Source: Octopus sinensis (Eukaryota). Taken from it: a stretch of DNA of 64,000 nt. Where the stretch lies: contig NC_042997.1 in assembly GCF_006345805.1 (NCBI RefSeq), forward strand, positions 147,064,001 to 147,128,000, given 5' to 3'. The position numbers were made by a program, and so were the translations under genes. The first letter of the stretch is position 1; each line of letters begins with the position of its first letter. The notes below the pieces were generated by a model. That model was not told the DNA's origin. It was given only the letters and a program-made list of their open reading frames with translations, and did no database searches. Positions 40,057-54,845 of the stretch are shown piece after piece.

Positions 40057-40699
40057 CTGCTTAAGGAACATCAGATAATCATTCTTAACAAGAAACAACC
40101 TAGGACAGTGCAGTGAGAGTATTGTATATGGGTATCTGAAACTAAAAATACTCAGGAATGTAATACCGACAAGTTTATAACAACTCATCTTGATGGTTAT
40201 CGCCGTGCAAATACACGAGAAAGAAATTACCTTCAAGTTCCGTAATTCCTATGGTATATCTGGAAAAATAAAAGCGAGCATAGCTTTCTCAAAAACTTAA
40301 ATGCAAATAGGTTGGCCTAGGATGACGAAAATAAAAAGACATACCTTTTAAAATCCATCCTATACAACCTCGTCACCGAGAAGATTAACGATCAGAATAA
40401 AATCTAATATCCTAAACAGGAAGGGAAAATACGTACGCACGCCATCACTAACTGACAAGTGAGCGTTGGGGACTTTTAAAATGTCATTTTGAACGTTTTA
40501 CTCTACGACTATACCGATCTCAGCTAGTAGAAATCTGTTACTGTTTTCCATTTTTCTGCTATAAATAAGAAAAAAAAAACTACTTTTACTCGTCAACTTA
40601 GCAGTATTCAGACCGGGTTACAAATATACCTTACACTACGAAGGATTTCACTTTGCTATCCTGGATGACATTGATACCACCACCACCACCACCACCACC

Positions 40700-40735
<36 letters not shown>

Positions 40736-41399
40736 TCAGCAACAACACACATACTAATTCTAACAATAATTTCAACACCAACATTACTACCAAGTCTATG
40801 AGTTATCTAAGATGATGCAATTATTCTTCTCGTAGGATTTTTGCATTATGATCAAGAGCTTTAAATCAATGTTTTCTCAGGTACTATGAAGAAGAAAACA
40901 AAAACACCCTAGTGAACTGTGATTTAAAATTCTCATATCGGCTATATGAAGCGATTAAAAATTACTGGGACAAACCCACCCAATCTTAAATCCTTTCACG
41001 GCTAAACAGCTTTGACAACAGGCATTATTCTTTTCCCAATAAATGGTTGTCACAGACCGCAATTGTTATTCTGACTCCAACCAGTCAAAATTTAACACAG
41101 AAGAAAGCGATAAAAATTCAAACAAACCACTCTCATGATTGGCGTCCCTTAACTCTCGTATAACGTCGAATGAATCTGATCTGAAAGGGACCGCTGTGAA
41201 ATATATTTAGTATAAAAATAATTTAAACCACAACTGGATAATATTTTTTTCCAGTTTCTCGTGGCTATCCTGAAATAATAGGCCATGTTTTGCAATAAAA
41301 GGAAAAATTCCCAAAAAACATTATCATAGTAAAAGTTATTGATGATGTCATTGGAAACTATATGAAAATAATTTATAACCCTTATTAGACCGCTAATAC

Positions 41400-42110
41400 C
41401 CGTTTGTGTACAGTCTCTGTCACTCTGAAGGAACATCTAGGAAATATTAACAGTACACATGAAAAAATTACTCACTGTAAGAAGCTCAGTTGGCTAACAA
41501 AGTTAGAAGAAAATAGCGATCACTTTCACCGCAGAATCAAATATTTAGATTCCATCACAAGTTGTAAGGTGATTAATAAGTTGACAGTTTAACAACTACA
41601 TCTTACGAAAATATTGACAAAAATCTCCGAAGATTTGACAAGAAATCAATGAATTTAAAACACGAACTTAAAAGTGCATCAAAGAAGCCATTCGTTAACA
41701 GAAAAATGATACGCTCAAAAATGAAAATACTGATTCAGCAAAAAGACAAGAAACTATAAGCCTAAAACTGTAGACTTGCCTAGACATTCTGTATCAAAAT
41801 TTGTGCAGCTTTACAATCTGTCCCAGCAAGTTCTTCCAAGACCTTTGCGAGTCCAACAAAATAGCGACTAATGAGTAGGAAAGTGGAAAGACGAGAGAGT
41901 AGAGACGTGCCGAACAACCTTTGATAAATAAATCAGCACCGTTGGATGTAAGAAAATGCCTCAGAAAACGCCTTATAGTATGATTGATACCAGAAAGGCA
42001 TTCCATTATATTTCCCGTTCACAATTGTTAAAGTCAGTGTAGTTGGCAATTGTCCCTGCTGCTTTAGTTACCGCTATTGAAAGCCTCATAAAGACTGCTC
42101 AGCAGCCTTC
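41400..42110 (+). mobile_element. Old R4/Dong-like RT fragment
   Basis: AEQPLINK..DVRK..IDTRKAFHYISRSQLLKSV*LAIVPAALVTAIESL resembles EQLL..K..WIDYRKAFDSVPHSWLL. Confidence 0.55.
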
Positions 42111-43139
42111 ATACTTGTAACTATATTGTGTCCGATGTTATAAATTTAAAAGGGAAAAATGCCTGTGCTTCTGTTTATTTTGGTACTAAATTGAACGTAA
42201 TTTCTTTAGCAAAAATCCAATGGTTGTGTGTCAGGGACTACAAAAAGAGACAAATCAATGCAATTTCTTTGTGGATGATCTAATTATCTAAACTAGAAAT
42301 AACTGCAACGATGAAAAACAACCACATTAATAATATTTTCAGCTGATTGGATATAGTAAGCATAAATGTTCGTAATTGAAAGTTGAACGCAGTAAAACTT
42401 ACCCAAATCCAATAATATTATATCGATGTTGCCCCTATCATTCTTGTTCCACTCAGAGCAGGAGTGATAGAGGCGACATAAATGTATAGGCATCGTGCTA
42501 TAAACATCGATAGTGTACCAAACTTTCACATATATTATATGGAAAAGTTGTGCCACAGATACAGGAAATATTACATACAAATATTTCTATATAAATATTT
42601 GAATATTATATATATATATATTATATATATATATATATACAAGCAAATCAGCCAGTATCTTAGACACTTTCTCCATGAGTTGCATGGTAACTAGGAATAT
42701 ATTCAGATACAGTGGTAGATATAAGTCATTGACCTAAAGGTAAGAAAACTCAAGCTGTGAATAGCTTTGAATTTAATCACGACTAGAATTTGTCGATGCT
42801 TTTAAAGAATATTATCGTCTACTTAAGATTTAATATAAATTAGCAAAGCTGTATGAGGCATAGTTCTACATGAAATTAAATGTTTTGCTTTTATCCAAAG
42901 ATTGAAGCGTCTGTGGAATAATAAACACTCTGAATTAGACTGAACGACCTTAACGAACATACTAAACGGAATAACAAATGGAGACTGAATTAAATTATTG
43001 AATCCTCCATATCAATACAGGTTTAGCAATCGTGCTGCATCCCTCACCCACCATATATAACAATACACGCTACGATAACAACTTCTATGCTAACAGCGAA
43101 GTTAAGTCAAACTATAACATCATTGAAGCAAGTGGTAGC

Positions 43140-44241
43140 TACGAGGGTGGACTGAAAAGTTCATAGGCTGACTATTCAGGAGTGACATTAGAGGTGTGAA
43201 ATCTTGCATGCATTAATTCCAACCCTTCTTATTAATAACTGTATTGTTTCTGTTCAGCTAAACTGTTCAAAGAACATTTCAAAAGTAACTAGTACTGACT
43301 TCTCTTGAAAATGGACAAAAGTTGGCATCGTGGTGTTATAAAGTACCTGCTGAAAAAGGGGTTTAGCCTCCAACGACATTCATGTTGATATAGTTGCTAC
43401 ATTAAGGGTGACGCTCCAGCTTTGCCAAGTGCGTAAAAGTGGGCATCTGAATTCAGGAGGAGAACGGAGAGTCTTAAAAACGTCCTTCAACTGCCACCAT
43501 CGAGAAAAATAATGACCGTGTTCACCACATGCTGATGGATGACAGGTAATTATCTAAAATTAAATAACCAATACTATTACTATATCCCGTGAGAGAGTTG
43601 AAAATATGCCACACAATGAACTTGGTATGACGATGGTTGCTGAGTTTTGGTTTTGAACCTGAGACAAAGAGACAATCCCTAAAGTGGAAACATCCCTACT
43701 CACCTGCTGCAAAGAAGGCCAGGGTAGTTTTGTTTGAAGGGAAGGTTATGGCCTCAGTCTTTTGGGTGCAAAAGACGTGTTTATCGACTTACTTCAAAAG
43801 GGCCACGTCATCAATGGAGAGTACTATGTTAACTTGTCGAGGCAGTTACAAAAGGCTATCAAAACCAAACTGTCAGGAAAACTGACGAAAAATGTCTTGT
43901 TTCATGAAGACAATGCTCCAGTACACAAGTCCTTGCTTTCAATGGCTGCTGTGCGTTATTGTCGTCGGTTTGAATTGATTGGTCAGCTTCATTGTTTTCT
44001 GATTTAGCCCCATCTCACAAGTATTAGTTCCCCAACATGAAAAACAAGTGATTGGAACTAGTATCACAGTGATGATGACGTTATATTTGCTGTTGATGAT
44101 TTATTTGACTAACAGGACGAAGGCTTCTTCAATGTGTTCCAAGCGTTGCAACAACGGAACTATGTCGAAAAATAAACCGCATTTGTCACATTCTGTCAGA
44201 GTTTCTTGGTCAGCCTATGAACTTTTCTGCCGGCCCTCGTA
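43140..44241 (+). mobile_element. Mariner transposon (irritans-like TIRs), internally deleted; transposase pseudogene from 43311
   Basis: TIRs tacgagggtggactgaaaagttcataggctgac / gtcagcctatgaacttttctgccggccctcgta; FEPETKRQSLKWKHP, KVMASVFW, FHEDNAPVHKS; first-D region deleted. Confidence 0.9.
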
Positions 44242-44739
44242 CAAAATGCAAGTTAACGAAAAGCGGTAATAAAGTGCTTTAAGATAGGACTAAAAATAAT
44301 GAGATTAGATGATGCTTCTAGACATTATAAAAGTATGAGCCTACATTGTAGCTCAAAGCTGTTGCATAAATTATATACAATGCTATCTTTGAGATAAACT
44401 ATCCCGGGTTAAACATAAAAAAATATTTATGATTTTGAGTTTATTTAAACATTCCAATACATAGAATACTGGCGGAATATTTTTACTAAAACTTCCGTTA
44501 AACGCAAACTTAAATTTTACATAGTTGCTTGAAATACAAAACAAAAACGAATCCCTGTTGGGAAGGGTGAGTTACCAAGAAAATGTGATTATTTAATTCA
44601 AAATCGGCGAGGAGGAGAACACACACTCAATTGATTTCAAATGTAGATTATAGAGTGGCGAAGTTGGTGATATTACTAAGTGATACAATAATTTAGTTGG
44701 TGCAGGCAGATTTGTGTGGTCAAAAAGTTTGCTTCTTAA

Positions 44740-45293
44740 CCCCTTACCCGGCAGAAACGAATATATGCGTTTTGACCGAAATCGTTTTATTCTATCTCTG
44801 GCGAGTTAACTCGTCAAAAGATAGACTCGCCAAAATCGACAGCAAACGAGTTCCTTTGTCTATTATAAACTCTTTTTTGACATATACGAGTATATTCGCT
44901 CACTTTATACGTCTGGCAGTGACGATTTCTGCCACCTTTCGCTTGAGTAAGGCATTGAAGACCGAGTATGATTTAGTCACCTGGAGACAGTCGAAGGGTT
45001 GGAAGGCACATTTTATGAATAGAAGTATTCACTTTGTTTTTACGTTGTTTTTTTATACCTTTATATTATAACCCCACCATGTCGATAACCAAATAAAATA
45101 ACATGATTTTTTGTAAAACTAATATGATTTATGAAAAAAACGAGTTAACTCGTTTCTGCCCAAAGCGGTAATTTAAAATCAATATTATTGAATTAAAATT
45201 CATAATAAATAAGGTTTGAAATATACCTCGAAATCACCATTCAAAACAGTAAAATAAATACATTTATTTTCAAAATAATTGTTGGGTAAGGGG
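44740..45293. mobile_element. piggyBac-type MITE (554 bp)
   Basis: TTAA-ccccttaccc...gggtaagggg-TTAA; non-coding; interrupts a decayed SINE A head. Confidence 0.75.
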
Positions 45294-46363
45294 TTAATCA
45301 AGGATTTGATATCACTGCGCCCTCCTTGAACAAGTGCTTGCTCTCATAGCTCGTCACCCCACCCCACCCACCTACACACACACACACACTCACACACACA
45401 CACACACATACACACACACTCACACACACACACTCTCACACACACACACACACACACACATACATACATAACGGGCTGCGGTAGAAGACAATATGTCTGT
45501 GCGTATGCGTCTATATATACATGAGCGTGCGAATACAGGTATCTAAGCATGTATGTATGTACGTACGTACGTATGTAAGTATGTATGTATGTATGTATGT
45601 ATGTATGTATGTATGTATGGATGGATGGATGGATGCGTATATCTTTCGCCGATGAGTATAAACATCGGTATGAAAATCGAAAACCTGTAGCTTCACGAAT
45701 AATGTCAAATGATGTCTAGTCTACATTTAGTTCTAAGGACTTCTTTGTTTGCCCCACCACCTCATCATTCACCATCAGAATGCAATGAACCAGTGATTGG
45801 CCAACTGGAAACCTGTAATCAACGATGTCATTAATGGCAAATTGCGAAAGAAAATAAAAATAAGTAAGAGAGTTTCATGCCAAGAAAACACTTTAACCAG
45901 AAATTGAATTTGTTAGCGGACCAATGAATATATGCAAAACTCTTCGAAAATTCAATATGTAGCACATTATAGATGTTGCTTTCTAATTTCCAACGAAGGA
46001 GCTTTGTAAGAAGATTTCAAAGAATTAATAAAGAGATACTCATATATGATTAAAAGCAAACATATTTGTATACATATACATACATACACACACATGTATT
46101 TCATACATATACACACACGTAAGGATGTTTTCCTTACTGACTGCATCGAACAGCATTTATCTAAATTAAAAATTACAGGAATGCTATGCTAAGACATGTT
46201 CTCCAGCTTAGTGTAACCAATTCCTAAAAGTGAAGTTCATTAGTTTTCTCCGCATTTTACTAACTTTTCCAATCTCCCTTATATAAACAGCTTGAACCAA
46301 ATGTGCAGAATTAATCTAGAGGGGTTGTTAGTTTATTTAGCTTTTGGATGAGACACTAGACCA

Positions 46364-46414
<51 letters not shown>

Positions 46415-48540
46415 GGTGTTATTTATAAAGAAATACACCCATACAGATCTACAAACGAAACTCACTTTCGCATCCACATACACAACAAAGAACATCATGA
46501 GAAGAAAGATAACAACGCTTGTCAATAAATCAATAACATAGAAATGGCTTCCTTCTTTTTTTTGGCTAGGTGGATTTAAATTTGGTAGTGCCTGAATAAG
46601 TAGTTGTAAGTAACAAGTTTATTAACAACAGTATATTCTAAATATAACAGCAACTGTTGCAGTAACCTGAATTACAATACTAGCATCAGTGCCTGACTGT
46701 TCAGTTCCGCATCCTCGAAGGTGATCGCTTTTAGTAACGAAACTAACCAAATTATTTGCAATACCAATTACTTGATCTTTTTTTATCCTCAGTTAAAAAG
46801 TGACACCATAATGAGGTGCAGTGGATAGTATATTTGTTAGTAGTACGGGGCTCAGGTAATATCATGGGCTAAATTCGTAAAAAAAGAAGAGAATTTACAT
46901 CAACAAAAATATCAACTATATTAACCGGTGGCAGTAGTTAGATTTGCAAGTTTAAGTAAATGGGTTGCCATCGATTTCCACGGCGAGTATTCAGATATTT
47001 GATTAATTGAACTCCCCGAGTAAGCGGTTGAAACATTCCCTAGTCACTTAGTCATGTGTAACCTTATCGTAATTCTCAGCCGGAATCGGCTTCACAGTGT
47101 GTGACAAGGTTGGAGTTTTGAATTACAGGCATTGCAATCCAACTGGCTTCTACACATTTCCGTCGGCCCAGTCTCACTTACAAAACAAAAATCAACTTGA
47201 GGACATGGTAAAAGACTAATTCCCGAGATGCCACACAATGGGATCGTACCGGGGAACTTCACGATTGTTATGCAAGCTTCTTAACCATTCGGGTATGCTG
47301 TGTCTACAGTCAGACTAGTTAAGCAAGAATACATCAAACTTCTCGAAATTCTTAAATATAGGGTAAGCCCCGAAACGTCATGTTCCTCTTCTGCAGAATG
47401 TGTTGTCTGAGTCGTTGATCACTTCAAGTGTCCACTATAACATTACACCGTTACTGTTAGTATTGGCACTGTAAAAAAAAAAAAACATTATGGGATGTGA
47501 TCTAAATGATTGCGAAATTTGTTGAAATATTATTTGTCGTTGTAATTTATTCATACACTGTAGTTTTACACATTCACTGAAGCTTTACTAACAGACAATA
47601 TTTTCATCAATTCTTTGATACAAGTGGCATTCATTATTAGAGAGGGGTAAAATAAACAGGCCATTGATATAAAATTCATATTCTTCCTCTGGTCAAAAAT
47701 GATTCCTCGAGTGACTATAAAATATGAGAATATGACTATAAAAATACGACGATATGACTAAAATATAAATTTCTGTTCTTTTACTGCGTGGGAATGCTGT
47801 GACAAGACCTAACGATCTGTTGGCGTTTTAGGTCATCGACATTAAAGATATGAATGATAGCCATTATTAACAGCCATCCTTAAATATTCATGTCAATAAC
47901 CGAATTCTCTGTGCTTACGACGATTTCAGTTCTTATCAATAGCTGTGTAGACCGTATTGTTATCAGTCTTTTAATTGTATCGACTATAGAATATGGCACC
48001 TTGGCAAGGCATGGTGACTCTAGTATTCGTGAGTGACGGGAAAGAATCAAACAGAATGCAATATCTTCTTATAGTCTAACTATACACTCAGTAGACTTCA
48101 GTGATGCTGTTTCTCCTCCTTAATGACGATAAGAAACTGTTAACGCACGCTGCTCAACACTTTTATTTTTTTTATTACATCCTACTTGCTTATCACTCAC
48201 CATGAAGTTTGGTTCGTCGTTATCTCCGACTCAACTGCGTACATTTTATACATAACATTTAAAAATGCTGTGGGCCTGTAGCCGTTGGTCACCAGTGTTT
48301 TAGTTACTATGAATGAGGAGTATCCGTGTAAATATTAACCACACTGTCAAATTGAACTCTTTGTTTATTATTCTTCAGACTAGGTCGACGTAAGCTTCCC
48401 TAATATAACTAACCTACTGCCAGGTCTATGTAATGCAATTTTCTATTTGGCTGTCTCACAGTCTTAGCGGTGAAGTTATATTTCTTAGGAGAGTCGCTTG
48501 CGTACTGCGTGTATATTGCAGAATGAGTGTGCTGTTTATC

Positions 48541-48597
48541 TATCAGGTCATCCCATAAGTTCTGTCCGATTTTACCATTTAAAAAATTGAATGAAAT
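48541..48597 (+). mobile_element. Solo mariner-like terminal inverted repeat
   Basis: tatcaggtcatcccataagttctgtccgatttt shares gtcatcccataa with the TIR at 8557. Confidence 0.5.
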
Positions 48598-49791
48598 TTA
48601 CCAGTATTTTAGAATATCTAATGGAATCAACATTCCAATCACCTTCAAGTCTCCACATATTTTCCAGCTGTAGTTTGTATACTTTATGGCATTGAGGAGT
48701 ACTTGCATGTTTTCATAACATTCCTTCATGTGCACTGAATGTCCGATGGGAATGTATGGTTTCTTATTGCCGTTGTATCGTAGTACTGCCTTGAGGCTTC
48801 TCTTAGATGAATCAATGAATAAGCGCCATTCAGCTGGAACATGCTCTTGGAACAAACAGCGAAATAACTCATCAGTGTTATTACTGAAACAAAGTAGTCC
48901 ATCAACAGAGAAGCATGAAGTCAGGTCCCTATTTCTCTTCCTGAAATGAGTAATGCAAACATCCTTCTTAAGCAGGCACTTTTCTTGTAGGCGAGTTCAG
49001 CTTTATCCTTCAACAATGACAAGTCTCTAATTAAATCATTTAACTCTCCTTGAGAAAATTTCTGTGGTACGTCTTCATTTTCAATCGTGAAATCCGCATC
49101 CACTTCGGTCTCCTCCACAGCAGTAGTATTTTCTTCAGGAAATACATCTGCATCAGACATCTGAAGGCTATTTTCTGGTGGTATTGGAATAAGAAGATCA
49201 TCATCGCTGTGTGGTACTGGTCCTCTTGCTGATTCCAAGTTGGGATATACAATCTTATGATTGGTCTTTACAGTAAACCCACATACATAATTAACGTTGT
49301 AGAAATGACAGTCCATGAAATGATCCTTTGGCTCTCTCCATAGCATAAGTATTGCAAACGGCATTGCTCTCTTCCTCTTATTTAGCCAATCCCTTAGTCC
49401 ATTTGAACAAACTGAGCAGATGAAGTGTGAGACCCAACTCTTACCTTGATCCCCGAGAGAGCAGCCAAACTATAACTAGAGGATCTTCTTGATTTCACAT
49501 GTGATGGCACGTTGCTGAGATTTGGTGATAAATGAACCACAGACATGACAAAATATATCAGGACTGTTCTTGCAATGCCTTGACATAGAATTTACCTGTA
49601 TAAGACGATTACGTGTAGCGATACTGCAGATGGGAGTTATATACCTCTCTTATCTCATCAGAAAAACTGTGCCTAATAGAAGGAAACCGATTACATTTTT
49701 GAAATCTGCGGACAAAACTACATATAAAACACCATATAATATCCCCGATGAAAATTGGCTGCTGACCAGTGTAATCAGTGAAAGTACAGTG
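48598..49791 (-). mobile_element. Chapaev3-like (CMC) DNA transposon, 5' portion; transposase pseudogene from 49586
   Basis: MSRHCKNSPDIFCHVCG..ICSVCSNGLRDW..MPFAILMLWREPKDHFMDCHF..ELNDLIRDLSL..EWRLFIDSSKRSLKAVL..ICGDLKVI; CACTG-type start near 49771-49791. Confidence 0.75.
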
Positions 49792-50332
49792 ATGATTAAA
49801 TTTCAATTAAATATAACATTTGGTCAAAATTCGGGAAGAACTTACGGGATGACTTGATACATTCCAATGCCCACCGAAATGATTTCAGATAGTCTTCAAG
49901 AAGATGGTATGGTATGCACTTTCACGATGCGATATACACTTTGTAGGTTCAATGCAAACTGATGGTTGATAGTTCTTGTAATTTCTGACGATAAAAATAT
50001 TTCCCCCACCACTCTTAGTCTTGTGTTTAATAGTAATTATTTTACCTGTTAGCGTTTTTTGTCGGTCATTTCCGGGGATTTTGGATAGTCAGTCATAATG
50101 TCGCGGGTGGTGGTACAGTAAGATATTCAATGTTCATAAGATGGGGGCTTTAATTTTTCTAGGTTTTCAAAGAAAACAATATATTTTGTATTGACTCGTA
50201 TGATTAGTCCTCTATACTAACGTTACTAAATTCGACAGCATGTTTATGCATCTATCCATGAATGCGTGTCTGTATGTATGTATCTATGTGTATATGTAAG
50301 TACGTACATATGTACGTATGTATTATGTATGC

Positions 50333-50367
<35 letters not shown>

Positions 50368-51662
50368 TAATATATATATATATATTATATATATATTATA
50401 TATATATATTATATATATATATATATTATATATACTCAGATGGATGGATGGATGCATTTGTGCATATATGCATGTATATATATATATGCATGTATGTATA
50501 TGTAAATTTATTAGCAATGGAGATTTAAGATGTTTCTTTCTCTAAACATAAAATTAAAAGTAAAAACAAAAAAAAACAAGCGTTATTTATTTTAGTACAC
50601 GCAAATCATTAATAAAATTCTGATACTTTATATAATAGTTTTTAATGTATTTCGAACCAATAAATACGAAAAAGAAAAATCTCTCACGACATTGACATTC
50701 AAAATATAATGGCAACTGAGAAGCTACAGGGAAATATTTTGAAGAATATACCTTTGAGGATACTTTCAAAAGTCTTTCAAAAGACTTTTCAAATTTGTTG
50801 AAAAGTATGAGGAGAAAATATTTCCTTTTATCGTTTATCAATGTTCATAAGCAGTCTTGCAATTTGTCAGTTTCTAGTTTGTTGTGATGAAGTATATAAA
50901 TTATATTGATTCAGTCTACCTTTTCCTGCTTTATACAATCTTATATGTTTGATGGATGCCCTCTCTCACCAAACAACAACAACAATAAAACTTATGTGAA
51001 ATAGATGTATGTTCCTTTCTGTACTGAAGTTATGCAGTTTATCTTTTATCTACAAAATATTGTTTAGATACATAGAATGATTCATAGATGGATGGGCGGA
51101 TGGAAAGATGGATGAATAGATGGAGATATGGACGAATGAAATTACAAAAAGACAGACATATATTATGAAATTAGTCTTGTCTTGTGCTTCAAGCTTTCCT
51201 TGTCTTTCTATTGATATATATATATAAATAGACATTTTATTTAACTGTATACAATAATTTAGTAAGTTGGCCAACGGATTGAGTTGTTAGAGCATCGGAT
51301 AGTAATCGGAGGTAATCATCCAGACTCTCTGCACTGAGGCCAAATTTGTCTTTCATTCTTTCGGGGTCGATAAATAAAATACTAGTATAAGAGTGGGGTC
51401 GGTTATTCTTTTTCTCTTAAATATTCGTTTTTCAGTCTGTTGTATTTTTCTACTAGAAATCAGTAATAATCAGGCCCGTAAGGGATAGAGGTCACCAGTT
51501 TTAAAGGGGCTCAGACAAGTTGCATTTCACGACATCCATACGATTACTGTAAGGAGTTGGGGGCTCATGGCTAGGCAAAGCAACAATTTCGTAGGATGAC
51601 AAGAAGGTATGAAAATATATGAGAAAAATAACTTAAAACAAATATGAAAATTAAAAATAGAA

Positions 51663-51743
<81 letters not shown>

Positions 51744-51745
51744 AA

Positions 51746-51791
<46 letters not shown>

Positions 51792-51792
51792 G

Positions 51793-51955
51793 GCACAGGC
51801 GTGGCTGCGTGGTAAAAAGCTTGCTTCCCAACCACATGGTTCCGGGGTCAGTCCCACTGCGTGGCACTTCGGCAAGTGTCTTCTACTATGATCTCAGGCC
51901 GACCAAAGCCTTGTGAGTGGATTTGGTAGACAAAAACTGAAATAACCCGTCGTAA

Positions 51956-51987
<32 letters not shown>

Positions 51988-52554
51988 ATATATATATATA
52001 TATATATATGTGAGAGAGTTAGTCCGCGAAAGCACATGGTCGGATTTATAAAAAACAGAATAGAATGTAAAAAGCTACAGAAGACTTGTGTTATAATTAG
52101 ATCGTTATGTTAGGGAAATGTTATAAAATTTTGTGTAGAGTAACATTGTTTTTGGAGAAATAACCGGTTTCGTATTTTCTTTTCAAATTTCTTAAATTTC
52201 TTTATCGATAATGCGTCGTCTCTTCTCTATGGGAGTTCCAGATAGGGGAAGGTAATCAGAGATTTTTACGGTATAAGGGAGATACTCAAAAATGTTGGGA
52301 ATGACTAGGTTTTATTAATTTAACATGATTTGGTTTAGAATGAATAGAAAGTTAGAAGTGGTTAAGTTTTGCTTTATATTTTTTTCAAAGATGGTTAAGT
52401 TTTGGCTTATATTTTTCAATGAAGTGGGTTTATATATATATATATTATATATATATATATATATATAATATTATATATATATATATATATATAATATATA
52501 ATATATATATATATGTGGTGTGTGTGTGTGTATGTATGTATGTATGTATGTATG

Positions 52555-52585
<31 letters not shown>

Positions 52586-52740
52586 ATATATATATATAAA
52601 AAATATGTGTGTGTGTGTGTGTCCCACTTCCCAAACACTGTTGGTCTCTGCAAAAGAGACCGATAGAATAAGTACCAGGTTTAAAATATAAAATAAATGG
52701 TGGCAGTCTAATGCCTGAAACAAGTAAAAGATAAAAAGAT
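51793..52740 (+). mobile_element. SINE family A split by an insertion of about 400 bp in its internal microsatellite
   Basis: Head 51793-51955; tail 52615-52740; (TA)n on both sides of the insert. Confidence 0.75.
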
Positions 52741-54249
52741 AATAGATATATTTGTGTGCGTATGTGTGTAAATATGTGTCTATGTGTAGAAAAATATTCG
52801 CAGCACTCTTTGCACTCTAGCTTCCTTTAATACCTGTTTAGCTAAAATGATAATTATTTCACTCCAGCCGATATGATGGCTTTAAACTTATAACCTTTAA
52901 TATGTATTATATTGTCATACTGCAGTCTGAATATTCTATGCGTATTTATCTAACAGAATATACTACAGTGACATTATTTTACAATTATCATCGGACTACC
53001 TGTAAAGCAGTTGCTTCCTAAATAATTTCATTGCCTAGGAATAGAACTTATAGCAATATTGTTTTAAACAGATATGTCGAAACGTTCCGTGTATTTCTAT
53101 TCTGTCTAGAGTTTGGTTAGTTGTAATTGAGCCAGCTTGGAAAAATTATTGTTTGGAAGTATTTCGATAATATATTATCTATGAATGCATATAAATTAAC
53201 CCTTTACTGTCATAATCACAGACTTCGTCATCTGTGTTTCAGCGTGGATATTATATATTTTTTGCTTACCATCCTCTTCATAATTTTCTGGAGTTGTTCA
53301 GCGTTATTTAGCTTGCATTTCCACAAGACATAGTGGTATAATTTATATGCGGCTGCAGAAGGAGAAATATACGGATATTAGTTAGTTCAGAAGAAAGAAA
53401 GTTTTCCATATCTTTATTGCAAAGAATGTTTGAAATTAAGATACTGAAACCACGTAATTTTATTATCTGTTTGTACATCTAGTAAAGGAAGAGATATTAT
53501 ATCACCTTCACTTATTCTTTCTATCTTGATATTAATTCTATTCGGTGTGTGAACAGTGGTATCAATAATACCTGTACTTGAGCTTCGCAAGCAATATTTG
53601 ATTTGTTTTAGTGCTTTTTAGTGCTTAAAGCTAATTTGTTTCAATGAAGTCAATCTGATATATTGATTTGTTCATTGTTCAGTTTTTGTTTCGTAGGTAA
53701 ATAAATAACAAATATTGCGTTTTATTTGAAGAGGGAATATCGTTGATTGGATGCAAGGGGCGTGCGTTAGTAGTAAGTTCTGATAAAGTAAGTTTGCAAA
53801 ACAAGTTCGATTGTTGGTTGAGACACTTCTTTTCGTTCTCTTTTTACGCATACCATTTCTGATACTATCAGCCAGATCTCCTCTCAATTGTGTGTAGGAC
53901 CTGCCTTCTACACATACAATCAACGCAATATCTTTGTTAATGACATAATGGCCACATTTCTTTTCCGCCTGATTGAATCCTATTAACAATAAATAGACAA
54001 AATATATTCTTTGCGAGCTAAATCTCTGACCGGGTTTCTAAAACGATTGCAACCAATTCAGTTCACAAAAGTCAAATGAAGTCATGAGAAATAGTTCAGA
54101 TTAAAGCACAAACATGAACATGTCTTTCCTTGAAATCTATAGGATGACATAATTGTCTGTTTAAAATATCTAAGTCAGAAAATATAGATATTTGATGCTT
54201 GGATCTATTTCACCAGAACGTGAGAAAAATAATCAATTATTTATATATA

Positions 54250-54480
54250 TTTATTTACTACTCACAATGGGCTAAACACAGAGAGAACAAACAAGGACAG
54301 ACAAACGGATTAAGTCGATTACATCGAGCCCAGTGCGAAGCTGGTACTTAATTTATCAACCCCGAAAGGATGAAAGGCAAAGTCGACCTCGGCGGAATTT
54401 GAACTCAGAACGTAACGGCAGACGAAATACGGTTACGCATTTCGCCCGGCGTGCTAACGTTTCTGCCAGCTCGCCGCCTT
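54250..54480 (-). mobile_element. SINE family B, young full-length copy
   Basis: Reverse complement of the 30730 unit. Confidence 0.9.
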
Positions 54481-54534
54481 ATAATAATTTATTTATATAT
54501 TTGACACGATTATATTACTTATTTACTTACTCTC

Positions 54535-54845
54535 TTTACTTCCTCGAGAGCATAGACCATTGACAACATTTCTCCACTGTTTTCCGCTCTGAGGTGTCTC
54601 TAGGGAAAGCTTTCCGCTCTCAGGTCTTCATGGTTTGTGATTGTCCTTGCTGATTATGTAACTTGTTTATTTGACAGGCAGGAGTGTTGGTTTTACGCAA
54701 ACCTATCTTTACCTCTGGGAAATGGTGGTCCATACTAGTCTGGTATTGGTCCTTTGAACTGTCCAGCATCGGAAATCCTATAAAGAAGTGTCACCTCATT
54801 GCCATAGCTCTCATGGTTACTGAGGCAAGCAAAATGACTACAGAG
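54535..54845 (+). mobile_element. Possible RTE-type LINE 5' UTR fragment
   Basis: tttgacaggcaggagtg..ctgtccagcat..catagctctc..actgaggcaagcaa resembles RTE leader sequences as recalled. Confidence 0.3.

Noticed and set aside
44525-44566. Plus-strand 42-nt micro-exon candidate (tttacatag|LLEIQNKNESLLGR|gtgagt)
   Set aside because: Such short AG/GT-bounded frames arise often by chance in 64 kb; no supporting neighbour exon.
47355-47385. gggtaagccccgaaacgtc and 55415-55435 (minus) ctgtcgagtgtcggaaacgtt, hammerhead-like scraps
   Set aside because: Core or stem II is missing; too short to distinguish from chance.
49860-50160. Possible GIY-YIG remnant (KVYI) on the minus strand; similar hints at 52020-52400 and 1-400
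   Set aside because: Too degraded to assign without an HMM search.
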